Source: an uncultured Verrucomicrobiae bacterium
GTDB lineage: Bacteria > Verrucomicrobiota > Verrucomicrobiia > Chthoniobacterales > UBA10450
Direction: 5' to 3'
Assembly: GCA_963834385.1 (NCBI GenBank)
Contig: CAWIBO010000002.1
Span: 96,001-160,000 of the forward strand
Length of the DNA stretch: 64,000 nt
The number at the start of each line of letters is the position of its first letter. The stretch's first letter is position 1. Below, piece after piece: positions 53,908-63,577 of the stretch. Both the position numbers and the translations under genes were made by a program. The notes beneath the pieces are model-generated. The model did no database searches. It saw only the letters and a list, made by a program, of their open reading frames with translations, and was not told the origin of the DNA.

Positions 53908-54241
53908 TGGATTCAGGGCGTGAACCGGGAATCGCGCGGCTTCTTCGGTAGGGCGACACTCTGTGGAGCCCTGGGGGTTCAGGATTCAGGGTTCAGAGGG
54001 AGCAGGATCAAGAGCATGAGCAGGAGTTGGGGAGGGTGAATGGTGGGCGGGGCTGGCTTCCCCGGTGGGGCGAGACTCCGTCGAGCCTGGGAGCACGCGC
54101 CGCCGTCAGCCCTAAATCCTGTGCCTCCTGTTAATCCTGTCTTCCTAAACAGAGGGCCAAGCTTCCGCTCGTCCGTGGACCTGCGGAAGCAGGTCTCCGG
54201 GGCGAGGTTTTCTCCCAGGCTCGACGGAGTCTCGCCCTACC
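53908..54241. repeat. Mosaic repeat hotspot: GTAG REP arms, TTCAG 7-mers, GAGCAx 6-mers, CAGGATT tract, GGAG doublet
   Basis: REP arms at 53947, 54064 and 54218 (inverted); AATCCTGT tract 54114-54141; doublet 54152-54198. Confidence 0.88.
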
Positions 54242-54304
54242 GGGGGGGCGAATCGTGAAGTCGGCAGCCGGGCGGGGGTGGGACCCGCCCGGGCGGCTTT
54301 CAAA

Positions 54305-55054
54305 TTACGGCTTTTTCTCGGGAGCGGGGCTGGCCGCGGCCTTGGTCGAGACCTTGGCGGCGGGCTTGGCCGCTTCCTTCGCAACCGCTTTCACTTTCGC
54401 CTTGGTCGCGGGCGCGGAGGCGGTCTGAAGGAGGTTGGTCTTGCGTGGGCCGTTGCCCATGATCAACGCCACGGTCTTGCCACGTGACCAGGAGAAGTGC
54501 GGGGCGCGGGCGGGGACCATGAAGTAGCTCCCAGCGCCATATTTCGTGGTCGCCTTTTTGTCGAAGGTGTCGCCGGTGCCCATATGCAGCGCGCCGCTCA
54601 GGATAACGCCGCGCTCGGCGGTCGGATGAGTATGCGGCTCAAGGCGGAAATCGCCCTGGGTCTCGAGCATGATGGTGTACGGTCCGCGAGCCTCCGGGTT
54701 TCCTTCCAGCACGGCCATGCGCGCATTGGTCATGGGCGCGGGAGCAGCCTGCCATTTGACGGTCTTGGCGTTCCACATCTGGACTTTGGCCGCCTTGGCA
54801 GCAGATTTCTTTGCGGCTGGTTTGGCCGGGCTCGCGGCGGGACTGGCCGCGTCGGAGGCGGCCGCGGTCGCGGCGGTTTCGGCAGCAGGGCTGGCCGCTG
54901 TTTCAGCCGAAGAAGTGTCGTCGGCTTTTTCTTCGGCACCCTCGACTTTAGGCGAGTCGGAGGTGGTGGCCGAGGTGGGCGTCTCCGTTTCCTGGGCAAA
55001 GGAAAGGCCGGCCAGGGCAAGGCTGAGGCAAATGACAGACAGGAGTTTTTTCAT
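54305..55054 (-). CDS. Secreted cupin protein with Ala/Lys-rich flanks
   Basis: Signal peptide, VLEGNP, PHTHPTAE, GSYFMVPA.APHF. Confidence 0.82.
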   Translation of the reverse strand: MKKLLSVICLSLALAGLSFAQETETPTSATTSDSPKVEGAEEKADDTSSAETAASPAAETAATAAASDAASPAASPAKPAAKKSAAKAAKVQMWNAKTVKWQAAPAPMTNARMAVLEGNPEARGPYTIMLETQGDFRLEPHTHPTAERGVILSGALHMGTGDTFDKKATTKYGAGSYFMVPARAPHFSWSRGKTVALIMGNGPRKTNLLQTASAPATKAKVKAVAKEAAKPAAKVSTKAAASPAPEKKP

Positions 55055-55375
55055 GTTTGGTTGGATCGATTTAATGAGTTGAAGCGGACCGACCCCCCGG
55101 AAACCCGGCCGACCGGCCGCTGGTGAAGCAAAAAAGTGACAGAGAGCGGAGGGATAAGGAAGAAGGAAAAACAGGCGGCGGCGGCGGCTTCGGACCCGCC
55201 GGATCTGGGGCTGGCGGGAGTTTTCGGAGGATTCTTCCAGGGAAGAGTGAGGGCTCGACAGGGGTGCATGGGCGGGGGCAGGATGGAGGGGAGCCGACGA
55301 CCGGCGGTGCACCGGCGGGCGCAACCCCTGAAACGACTGGAATTGTCACGTAACACACGTTATTTGTTTGGCCGC

Positions 55376-56878
55376 ATGCTTCTCCCCCGAAGACGCGTCG
55401 GCGGCCTTTGTCTCGTCCTGGCAGCGCTGACTCTTTTCACCCTCCCCATCGCTTCCGCCTACCGGCTGGAAAGTTACCGGTGGCCCTCCGGTGATGTCCT
55501 GATTCTGCTCCGCCTCGGAACCCAACCGGTTTCACTCCAGGATGGCAGCGCCAGCTGGAACGCCACCGCCCTGGTCGCGTTGCAGGATTGGAACAAGCAT
55601 CTGGGGCAGATCCAGCTGACCTGGACCAGTCTGCCCGCGGCGTCGGGCGGTGAAAACAACGGCAGCAACGACGTCTTTTTCTCGAACAAGATCTACGGGC
55701 AGAATTTCGGGTCGCGCACCCTGGCGGTCGCGGTGCGCTGGACGCAGTATGGCAACGGGGCGGAGTTGCGGGAAGCGGACGTGATCTTCAACACGGCCCA
55801 GCGCTTTGACTCCTACCGGGGGGAGCTGCAATGGGAGTCGGGTCCGGGTTACACCTTTGATTTGCGGCGGGTGGCGCTGCACGAGTTTGGGCATGTGATT
55901 GCCTTTGGCCATACCAGCAGCAGCAACGGGGTCGCCATCATGGAAGCGATCATCGGTGATCTTGATCACCTCGGGCCCGACGACATCGCGGCGGCGCATT
56001 TCCGCTACGGGCCAGCCCCGACGCCGACTCCAAGTCCGACACCGACTCCCATCCCCACGCCCACGCCAAACCCGACGCCCACGCCGAGCGCGACGCCGAC
56101 CCCGACGCCACCTCACAGCCTGGTGAATGTTTCCACCCGCGGTTCGGTGCAGACCGGGGACGCCGTCATGATTGGCGGGTTTATCGTGCAGGGCACACTG
56201 GCGAAAACGGTGGTCATCCGTGGTCTTGGCCCAAGCCTGGAAGGGGCGGTCGCGGTTGATATTTTAAGCGACCCGAGCCTGGAATTGTTTGATCAGGATG
56301 GGCTTCTGCTGGAGGAAAACGATGACTGGACGGAAGACGAGGCGGCTGTGCAGGCGACGGGACTTGCGCCCACTCATGCGAAGGAAGCGGCGATCCTGAC
56401 CACGCTTTCGCCGGGATCGTACACGGTGGTCCTGCGAGGGGTGGATGACCTGACCGGGATCGGCCTGATCGAGATTTACGACCGGGAACCGCAAAGCTCG
56501 CGCGTGGCCAACATCTCGACCCGCGGGCAGGTGGAAACGGCGGACCAGGTCATGATTGGCGGTTTCATCGTGGGCGGCGACGCCCCGACGAGTGTGATCG
56601 CACGTGCGCTGGGGCCTTCCCTTATCCCGCATGGGGTGGCCGGGACGCTGGCGGACCCGGCGCTGGAGCTGCGTGATGCGAACGGCGTGAAACTCCAGGA
56701 GAATGACGACTGGAAGACCGACCAGGAAGAGTTGATAACCGGGACCGGGCTGGCGCCGGCCGATGATCTCGAAGCGGCCCTGGTGGCGACGCTTCCACCG
56801 GGGAATTACACCGTGATCGTGGAAGGCGTGAACGACGGCCTCGGCGTCGGTCTGGTCGAGATTTACAACCTCGAGTAA
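55376..56878 (+). CDS. Matrixin-like (M10) metalloprotease, Pro/Thr linker and two N(V/I)STRG modules
   Basis: EADVIFN, HEFGHVIAFGH, Met-turn AIM, (PT)n linker, duplicated C-terminal domain. Confidence 0.88.
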   Translation: MLLPRRRVGGLCLVLAALTLFTLPIASAYRLESYRWPSGDVLILLRLGTQPVSLQDGSASWNATALVALQDWNKHLGQIQLTWTSLPAASGGENNGSNDVFFSNKIYGQNFGSRTLAVAVRWTQYGNGAELREADVIFNTAQRFDSYRGELQWESGPGYTFDLRRVALHEFGHVIAFGHTSSSNGVAIMEAIIGDLDHLGPDDIAAAHFRYGPAPTPTPSPTPTPIPTPTPNPTPTPSATPTPTPPHSLVNVSTRGSVQTGDAVMIGGFIVQGTLAKTVVIRGLGPSLEGAVAVDILSDPSLELFDQDGLLLEENDDWTEDEAAVQATGLAPTHAKEAAILTTLSPGSYTVVLRGVDDLTGIGLIEIYDREPQSSRVANISTRGQVETADQVMIGGFIVGGDAPTSVIARALGPSLIPHGVAGTLADPALELRDANGVKLQENDDWKTDQEELITGTGLAPADDLEAALVATLPPGNYTVIVEGVNDGLGVGLVEIYNLE

Positions 56879-56881
56879 CGC

Positions 56882-57116
56882 CTAGTCCCGCCCGCTGAAG
56901 TTGTCGCGGCTTTTGCGCACGTCACCGGCCACGCTGCGGGCCCGGTCGAGCGATCGTTTCGGCCAGTGGGCCGGGGCGGGGCTGGCGGCGGGCGTGGGGG
57001 CGGCCGTGGTGGCGACGGCCGGGGCCGGGGCCGGGCGGCGCGGGTTCCGTCGTATTGTTTTTTTGCCAGAAATAGATGCCGGTGGCGAGAACGGCGACCA
57101 GCAGGAAGGTTTTCAT
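56882..57116 (-). CDS. Small exported hypothetical protein, probably frameshifted near 57030
   Basis: [19 protein letters not shown]; an alternative frame continues [16 protein letters not shown]... to TAG at 56882. Confidence 0.55.
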
Positions 57117-57217
57117 GCCTCAGCAGGCAGCATCGTTCGGGCCACGGCTGCCGGCGCCGGGGGCGAATGACAAATCGCGAGACCGGCGATATCGTGAGCA
57201 AAAGGGAGAAACGAACC

Positions 57218-58195
57218 ATGAGCACCGCAGTCGCAGCCAAAGCAAACCAGCTCGAGCAGCTGAAAGAGTTCACCAAGGTCGTCGCCGATACCGGTGACTT
57301 TGAGACGATTCGCGAGTTCCAGCCGCAGGACGCCACGACCAACCCGAGCCTGATTTTTGCCGCCACCCAGAAGGAGGAATATGCGCACCTCCTGGAGAAG
57401 GTGGTGAAAGACCGCCGCAATTCGGGCCTCGCCGGGGCAAAACAGCTCGACGACCTGATCGATCATCTCCTGGTCGAATTCGGCTGCGAAATCCTTCAAA
57501 TCGTGCCGGGGCGTGTCTCGACGGAGACCGATGCGCGGCTTTCCTTTGATCCCGGTGGCAGCGCGGAGAAGGCGCGCCATCTGATCAAGCTCTACGAGGC
57601 GCGCGGGATCAGCCGCGAGCGTGTCCTGATCAAGATTGCCTCCACCTGGGAGGGGATCGCGGCGGCGGAAGTGGTGCAGCGCGACGGCATCCGCTGCAAC
57701 ATGACGCTCCTTTTTTCGTTGGGGCAGGCGGCGCGCTGCGCGGAGGCCAGGGTCCAGCTCATCTCGCCTTTCGTCGGCCGCATCTACGATTGGTTTAAGA
57801 CGGCGAACAAACGCGATTACACCGGGGCCGAGGATCCCGGGGTGCAATCGGTGCAGGAAATCTACACCTACTACAAGAAGTTCGGCTACGAGACGGAAGT
57901 GATGGGGGCCAGTTTCCGCAACGTGGGCGAGATCCTGGAGCTGGCCGGTTGCGACCTGCTCACGATCAGTCCCGAGTTGATGGGAAAACTGGCGGAGGCG
58001 ACCGGGACGGTGGAGCGAAAACTGAGCCCGGAAGAGGCGAAGAAGGCCCAGATCGAGCGGGTGCCGACGGACGAAAAAACCTTTCGCTGGCTCATGAACG
58101 AGGACGCCATGGCCACGGAAAAAACGGCGGAGGGCATCCGGAAATTCGCGGCCGATATCGTGAAGCTGGAAAAATTCATCGCAGGCAAGCTCTAG
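57218..58195 (+). CDS. tal: Transaldolase
   Basis: [46 protein letters not shown]. Confidence 0.97.
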   Translation: MSTAVAAKANQLEQLKEFTKVVADTGDFETIREFQPQDATTNPSLIFAATQKEEYAHLLEKVVKDRRNSGLAGAKQLDDLIDHLLVEFGCEILQIVPGRVSTETDARLSFDPGGSAEKARHLIKLYEARGISRERVLIKIASTWEGIAAAEVVQRDGIRCNMTLLFSLGQAARCAEARVQLISPFVGRIYDWFKTANKRDYTGAEDPGVQSVQEIYTYYKKFGYETEVMGASFRNVGEILELAGCDLLTISPELMGKLAEATGTVERKLSPEEAKKAQIERVPTDEKTFRWLMNEDAMATEKTAEGIRKFAADIVKLEKFIAGKL

Positions 58196-58220
58196 CCGGC
58201 GGGCGGCGGGAACCGAAGGC

Positions 58221-58718
58221 GTGTTTAACGTCGTCCTGGTCGAGCCGGAGATCCCGCCGAACACCGGCAACATCGGGCGGCTTTGCCTCGCCACCGGCTC
58301 CACCCTTCATTTGGTCGGCCCCCTCGGTTTTGCCCTCGATGACCGGACCCTGAAGCGGGCCGGGCTGGATTATTGGAAGGAGGTGAAGGTTAGCCTGTGG
58401 GATTCGCTGGGAGAACTGGAAGCGGCCCAACCGGCCGGGAGCCGTTTCTTTTTTCTCACGACCAAAACGCAGGCGCCTTATCACACGGTCCGTTTTCGTC
58501 CCGGCGATTTCCTGGTCTTTGGCCGGGAAACGAAAGGCCTCCCGGAGGCGCTTCTGCGGGCGCGTGCGGCCGAGACCATCACGATACCGATGCGGGGCAC
58601 GCGCAGTTTAAACCTGGCCACGGCGGTGGCGATCGTGCTTTTTGAAGCGGTGCGTCAGCAGACCGGCGGCGGCCAGGGCGGCACCGGAGGACCATCTGCA
58701 TCCTCGCCAGTCCGGTAA
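58221..58718 (+). CDS. trmL: tRNA (cytidine/uridine-34-2'-O)-methyltransferase
   Basis: EPEIPPNTGNI, RAGLDYW, FGRETKGL, RSLNLA. Confidence 0.95.
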   Translation: MFNVVLVEPEIPPNTGNIGRLCLATGSTLHLVGPLGFALDDRTLKRAGLDYWKEVKVSLWDSLGELEAAQPAGSRFFFLTTKTQAPYHTVRFRPGDFLVFGRETKGLPEALLRARAAETITIPMRGTRSLNLATAVAIVLFEAVRQQTGGGQGGTGGPSASSPVR

Positions 58719-58772
58719 ACGTTTGAATAATAGGGTCCCGGGCGGGTCTAACCCTAAAGAAGGAAATCCATT

Positions 58773-59540
58773 ATGAACAAAATCATCACCATTCTGCTCT
58801 GCCTGACCATGGGCATGAGCATGGCCGCGCACGCCGAATCAAAGCAGGAAAAGAAGGCGCGCAAAGCTGAACAACGCGCGGCCAAAGCGGCCGCGAAATC
58901 GAACATCACCACTTCCGGGCCGCGGGTTCGCGCCAACGTACCCCGGCAGCGGATCAAGACGGAAGCCAGTCTCAACAACAACGCCCGGCTTCGCGGCGGA
59001 CAGTTCCGCAACCAGAAAGCGAAGAATCGCACCGTCGTGGTCCAGGAGAACAACGGCGGGGACAATCGCAAGTTCAGCGGCAGAAACAGAAACTTCTCGG
59101 GGAACAAGAAGCGCAACGTCGTGGTGGAACGAAAAGGGCCCAGCAACCATTACTGGAAATACAGCGAGGCGCGCCGGCATCACCGCCGCGACCGTCATGA
59201 CCGCCGCTGGTGGCGTCGGAATTACAGCCGGTTCTCGATCTTTGCCGGCGGTTATTATTACTGGGACCGCGGTTACTGGTATCCGGCCTACGGCTACGAT
59301 CCTTACTACAACAATTACCGCTACAACGAGCCGATCTATGGCGGCAACTACGTCGAGCCCGGCCAGATCATCGTGAATGTGCAGGTGGCCCTGAAACGGC
59401 AGGGTTACTATTATGGTTCCGTCGACGGCCTTATTGGTCCCATGACCCGGTCCGCCCTGGCCCGGTTCCAGCGCGACTATGGCCTCGACATCACCCGCGC
59501 GATCGATGGGCCGACCCTGAGCGCGCTGGGCGTCGTTTAA
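58773..59540 (+). CDS. Secreted Arg/Tyr-rich protein with C-terminal peptidoglycan-binding domain
   Basis: Signal peptide; VQVALKRQGYY.G.VDG..GP.TRSAL..FQRDYGL. Confidence 0.85.
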   Translation: MNKIITILLCLTMGMSMAAHAESKQEKKARKAEQRAAKAAAKSNITTSGPRVRANVPRQRIKTEASLNNNARLRGGQFRNQKAKNRTVVVQENNGGDNRKFSGRNRNFSGNKKRNVVVERKGPSNHYWKYSEARRHHRRDRHDRRWWRRNYSRFSIFAGGYYYWDRGYWYPAYGYDPYYNNYRYNEPIYGGNYVEPGQIIVNVQVALKRQGYYYGSVDGLIGPMTRSALARFQRDYGLDITRAIDGPTLSALGVV

Positions 59541-59611
59541 AACCGGCGCGAGCGAAGTTGCGAGACCGCGTGACGGGCAACCGTCACGCGGTTTCTGTTT
59601 TCAGGCGACGA

Positions 59612-61192
59612 CTAGAAACGGACGTCGGCCCGGACCGCCAGGGCGTAGAAGCTCACCAGGTGCAGGGCGAGCTGGAGAACGGCCACGGTCCAAAAGAGAC
59701 GCCGGGAGACCAGGAGGTGGCGGACCCCGAGAAAAAGCAGCGCGGCGACCACCCCTTGAAAACCATGCACGATGACGATCATCTCATAACCGAACGCGGC
59801 CAGGATGATGGCGCCCGGCGCGACCGCGGCGCAAAGCCAGAGGAGACGGGGCCGCAGCCGGGCGGCGGCCAGGAAAGCCGGTAGAATGAGAAACAGACCA
59901 ACCGCCCCGGGCAGGGTGTAAAGGATGCCGCCGCAAAACCGGCCCAGATCAAAGGGAATGCCGCTGAGGAACCGGGGATCCAACAGATGATAAAGGTTGT
60001 GCACCCGCGCCCAGAAAAACTCGAAAAGCGCCGAGGGCTCCAGCGAGAGCGGTTCGTAGTTGTTCAGGTTCTGCCGCAGCATGGATGTGGGAAGAGGAAG
60101 GATCAGGCGGGTCCAGACATACCAAGGTGCGAGGAGAAGAGCGGTGCTGCCGGCGAAAAGCGCCGGGTCCCGCCAGGCCGCCTTTCTCCAGAGGGCCTGG
60201 AGAAGATACCAGAGGCCGGCTCCGAGAATGAAGGCGAGCGCAAACGGATGAGCCCAAAAGGCGAGGGCGAGGAGAAGGCCGGTGAGAACGGGTTGACGCC
60301 GGGACCGCAGGCAATCCCAGGCCAGCACCACAAAGAAGGCCGCCAATGATTTCGGCCAGGTGAAAATGGTCTGGCTGACGAGGTAAGGCGAAAAGGCAAA
60401 AAGAAGAGCGGCCACCGGAAGCGCCGGGCCCCGGGCCAGACGGCGGAAAAGGACGCCGAGCCCGAGGAGCAGGAGAGAATTCAGGAAAATGGCGATGACG
60501 AGAAACCGCTCAAAGCGTTTCGCCGAATAAAGAGCCATGGCGTCGGGCCGCGATTCGCCGAGGTAGAAAAAGTGGGGGAATGGCCCCTGCCAGACGGGGT
60601 TGGAAAAGGCGGAACGGAAGGCGACATCAACGAGAGACATCAGGACGGTGCGATTGGTCACTTCCTGGGCGGGCAGGATGGGATGAACCTCCGCGAAAGG
60701 AATGTCGCGCAGGAGATATTCGCTCACGGCGTAAGGAATGAGATTGTCGGCCGGGAGATGACAGAGAACCTGGATCTTTACGTTGGTGGTGTGTTGTTTG
60801 AAGGGATAAAGGCCGTCGGGAAGGGAGCGCGGCCAGGTCAGGCCCACGTGCGTCAGGCCGATGCAACCGAGATTAAAGGCGACCCAGATGAGGAGGAACC
60901 ACCGGGCCGGGACGGAGAGGTCGCGGCGCAGCTCGCGCAGGGCGCCGCTGCGCAGGAGATAAACCAGGGCGCCGAGGAGGAGGAGCGCGCCACCGGCGAG
61001 CAAGAGCGGGCGGAGCGAAGGCGCCAGCGCCAGGAAAAATCCGAGGAAGCCGTGGAGGAGCACGCCGCCGGCGGCGCCGTAGCCGATGAGGGCGAGCCCG
61101 CGCCAGCGGCAGAACCGGTGCACCACGGCCATGCCGAGGCCCGTGATGGAAATCATGATCCAAAGCAGAAGGAAGAGTTCGTTCAGCTTCAT
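59612..61192 (-). CDS. Polytopic membrane protein, GT-C glycosyltransferase-like
   Basis: Many TM helices, large loop with AD motif, FTWPK, GLLLALA..AHP. Confidence 0.65.
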   Translation of the reverse strand: MKLNELFLLLWIMISITGLGMAVVHRFCRWRGLALIGYGAAGGVLLHGFLGFFLALAPSLRPLLLAGGALLLLGALVYLLRSGALRELRRDLSVPARWFLLIWVAFNLGCIGLTHVGLTWPRSLPDGLYPFKQHTTNVKIQVLCHLPADNLIPYAVSEYLLRDIPFAEVHPILPAQEVTNRTVLMSLVDVAFRSAFSNPVWQGPFPHFFYLGESRPDAMALYSAKRFERFLVIAIFLNSLLLLGLGVLFRRLARGPALPVAALLFAFSPYLVSQTIFTWPKSLAAFFVVLAWDCLRSRRQPVLTGLLLALAFWAHPFALAFILGAGLWYLLQALWRKAAWRDPALFAGSTALLLAPWYVWTRLILPLPTSMLRQNLNNYEPLSLEPSALFEFFWARVHNLYHLLDPRFLSGIPFDLGRFCGGILYTLPGAVGLFLILPAFLAAARLRPRLLWLCAAVAPGAIILAAFGYEMIVIVHGFQGVVAALLFLGVRHLLVSRRLFWTVAVLQLALHLVSFYALAVRADVRF

Positions 61193-61283
61193 GGCGCGAG
61201 CGCACTCTAACGGGATTCACCCGGGAATAAATCTTTCTCGGCCGCTTGTCCGGGATGCCGCCCTGCTGCGATAGTGGGCGTCC

Positions 61284-61958
61284 ATGGAACTGTCTGCGCC
61301 CCAATTGACCGCGCGTGAGCTGCAACGCTCGTTTCGGATCGGGCCGCGCCGAATTGAGGTGCTGCGCGGCATTTCGCTCGAGATCCAGCGGGGCGAAACC
61401 GTTTTCCTGGTGGGCGCCTCCGGGGCGGGCAAAACCACGCTTCTCTATACCCTGGCCGGTCTGGAACGACCGGAAGCAGGCACGGTCCGGTTCGAGGATC
61501 ACACGCTCTACACCGGGAGTGAGGCGGCGCAGGCGCGGGTCCGGAACGAGCGGATGGGCTTTGTCTTCCAGGGCTACTTCCTTTTGCCCGAGCTGACCGC
61601 GCTCGAGAACGTGCTCCTTCCTGGCATGATCGGACGCCGCACCCGCCGCGAGGTCGCGGAGGAAAGCCTGCGCAGCGTCGGGCTGGGGGACCGGATGCAG
61701 CATCTTCCGGCGGAACTTTCGGGGGGTGAACAGCAGCGGGTGGCCATCGCCCGGGCCCTGACCAACGACCCGGCGATCATCTTTGCCGACGAGCCGACAG
61801 GGAACCTTGATTCGAAAACGGGGGAATCGATCATTGATCTGCTCCTTGGGCTGGCCCGCGAGCGCGGCAAAACGCTCCTGGTGGTGACGCACGACAGCGA
61901 ACTGGCGGCGCGGGGCGATCGCCGCCTGCATATCGTGGATGGCCGCCTCGCCGCCTGA
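61284..61958 (+). CDS. ABC ATPase, LolD/MacB-like
   Basis: GASGAGKT, GFVFQ, LSGGEQQRVAIARAL, ADEPTGNLD, VTHD. Confidence 0.93.
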   Translation: MELSAPQLTARELQRSFRIGPRRIEVLRGISLEIQRGETVFLVGASGAGKTTLLYTLAGLERPEAGTVRFEDHTLYTGSEAAQARVRNERMGFVFQGYFLLPELTALENVLLPGMIGRRTRREVAEESLRSVGLGDRMQHLPAELSGGEQQRVAIARALTNDPAIIFADEPTGNLDSKTGESIIDLLLGLARERGKTLLVVTHDSELAARGDRRLHIVDGRLAA

Positions 61959-62009
61959 GCGCCTCCGAATTGTCGCTTGAATTGCGCCCCTCAGGGCCGA
62001 ACTTTTCAC

Positions 62010-62993
62010 GTGCTAACGAAATCTGCCACAGCGAGCGGGGCCGTCATTGATGAGCCGAACCAGGCGAAGACGGCCGTGAAACCGGTCGAGCAAGAGAAAA
62101 AAAGCGCGCCCGCGAAGGAGCTGCAAATCTGGCTGGACGGGAAATTTTTTGCGGAGAAGGACGCGAAGATCTCGGTCTTCGACCATGGTCTCCTTTACGG
62201 GGACGGCATCTTCGAGGGGATCAGGTTTTACAATGGCCGGGTCTTCCGGTTGGAGGAACACCTGGACCGGCTCTGGGACTCGGCCCGCTCGATCTGTCTC
62301 GAAATCCCGATGTCGGCGAGCGAGATGACTGAGGCGCTGCTGGAGACCATCCGGAAGAACGATCTGCGGGACGGATACATTCGCCTGATCGTGACGCGCG
62401 GGGTGGGCAACCTGGGTCTCAACCCGGCGCAGTGCAAAAAGCCGAGCGTGATCATCATCGCCGCGACGATCGCGCTTTACCCGGAGTCGGTTTACCGAAG
62501 CGGGCTCACGGTGGTGACCTGCGCGACCCGCCGGATGGGACCGGCCGCGTTGAACCCGGCGATCAAGTCGCTGAATTATTTGAACAACGTGCTCGCGCGG
62601 ATCGAGGCCAACCTCGCGGGGGCGGATGAAGCCCTGATGTTGAACGATGCCGGGAACGTGGCCGAATGCACGGCGGACAACATCTTCGTGATCAAGCGCG
62701 GGCAGATTTTCACGCCGCCGATCAGCGCAGGAGCGCTTCGCGGCATCACCCGCTCGGTCGTTTTCGAGATCGCGAGTGAGCTCGGGGTGAAGATTTCCGA
62801 GGCGGACATCTCGCGGCATGACGTCTTTATCGCGGATGAATGTTTCCTGACCGGCACGGCGGCGGAGTTGATCCCGGTGATCAAGGCCGACGGGCGCCTG
62901 ATCGGCCCGGGGACGCCAGGGACGATCACGGCCCGGATGATTGCGCGTTTCCGCGAAATAACGAGGGAAACCGGGACGCCGATCTATACGTAA
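62010..62993 (+). CDS. ilvE: Branched-chain amino acid aminotransferase (start uncertain)
   Basis: DHGLLYGDGIFEG, KSLNYLNN, LRGITR, ECFLTGTAAE. Confidence 0.93.
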   Translation: MLTKSATASGAVIDEPNQAKTAVKPVEQEKKSAPAKELQIWLDGKFFAEKDAKISVFDHGLLYGDGIFEGIRFYNGRVFRLEEHLDRLWDSARSICLEIPMSASEMTEALLETIRKNDLRDGYIRLIVTRGVGNLGLNPAQCKKPSVIIIAATIALYPESVYRSGLTVVTCATRRMGPAALNPAIKSLNYLNNVLARIEANLAGADEALMLNDAGNVAECTADNIFVIKRGQIFTPPISAGALRGITRSVVFEIASELGVKISEADISRHDVFIADECFLTGTAAELIPVIKADGRLIGPGTPGTITARMIARFREITRETGTPIYT

Positions 62994-63079
62994 AGTGAGC
63001 AACGGACCGATCGGCTCGGAAGGTGCTCAATGGCTTCCCGGGTGAATTTTTTCTCCGGTAGCGTGTCCAAGAACAAGAG

Positions 63080-63577
63080 ATGTTGTGTGACGTTTGCAAA
63101 TGTAATGATGCCACGGTTTTCCTGACCCAGATCCTCGAGGGCAAGATGCAGAAGGTAAATCTCTGCGACAGTTGCTCGAAGGAGAAGGGGGTGCAGGACC
63201 CGACGGGCTTTGCCCTGGCCGATCTCCTGCTCGGGATCGGCGCGGCCGAGGAGATCGAGAAGGGGACCGCGACGGAAAAATGCGCCGTCTGTGGATTCAC
63301 CCAGGCCGATTTCAAGAAGACCGGCCGGCTCGGCTGCAGTTCCTGTTACCAGACGTTTGCCGAGGGTCTGAACGGGCTGCTCAAGGCCATGCACAAGGGA
63401 ACCGAACACATCGGCAAACTGCCGCAGCGGGCCCATCGTGAGATCGAGTTTTCGGACCGGGTCCGCGCGCTGAACGATAAACTCCGCAAGGCCGTGGCGG
63501 AAGAGAACTACGAGACGGCGGCGTCGCTGCGCGACGAGATTCGCCAGCTCGAGACAGAAAGGGCGGGAGTGAGATGA
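63080..63577 (+). CDS. mcsA: McsA (CxxC zinc motifs plus UVR domain)
   Basis: Four CxxC motifs, GRLGC..CY, ENYETAASLRD. Confidence 0.93.
   Translation: MLCDVCKCNDATVFLTQILEGKMQKVNLCDSCSKEKGVQDPTGFALADLLLGIGAAEEIEKGTATEKCAVCGFTQADFKKTGRLGCSSCYQTFAEGLNGLLKAMHKGTEHIGKLPQRAHREIEFSDRVRALNDKLRKAVAEENYETAASLRDEIRQLETERAGVR

Noticed and set aside
56011..56112. DNA tandem repeat
   Set aside because: It encodes a Pro/Thr linker with varied codons, so the repeat is at protein level.
58725..58751. Sigma-E-like promoter GAATAA-N15-GTCTAA upstream of the PG-binding protein
   Set aside because: A single weak match that cannot be told from chance without a genome-wide motif.
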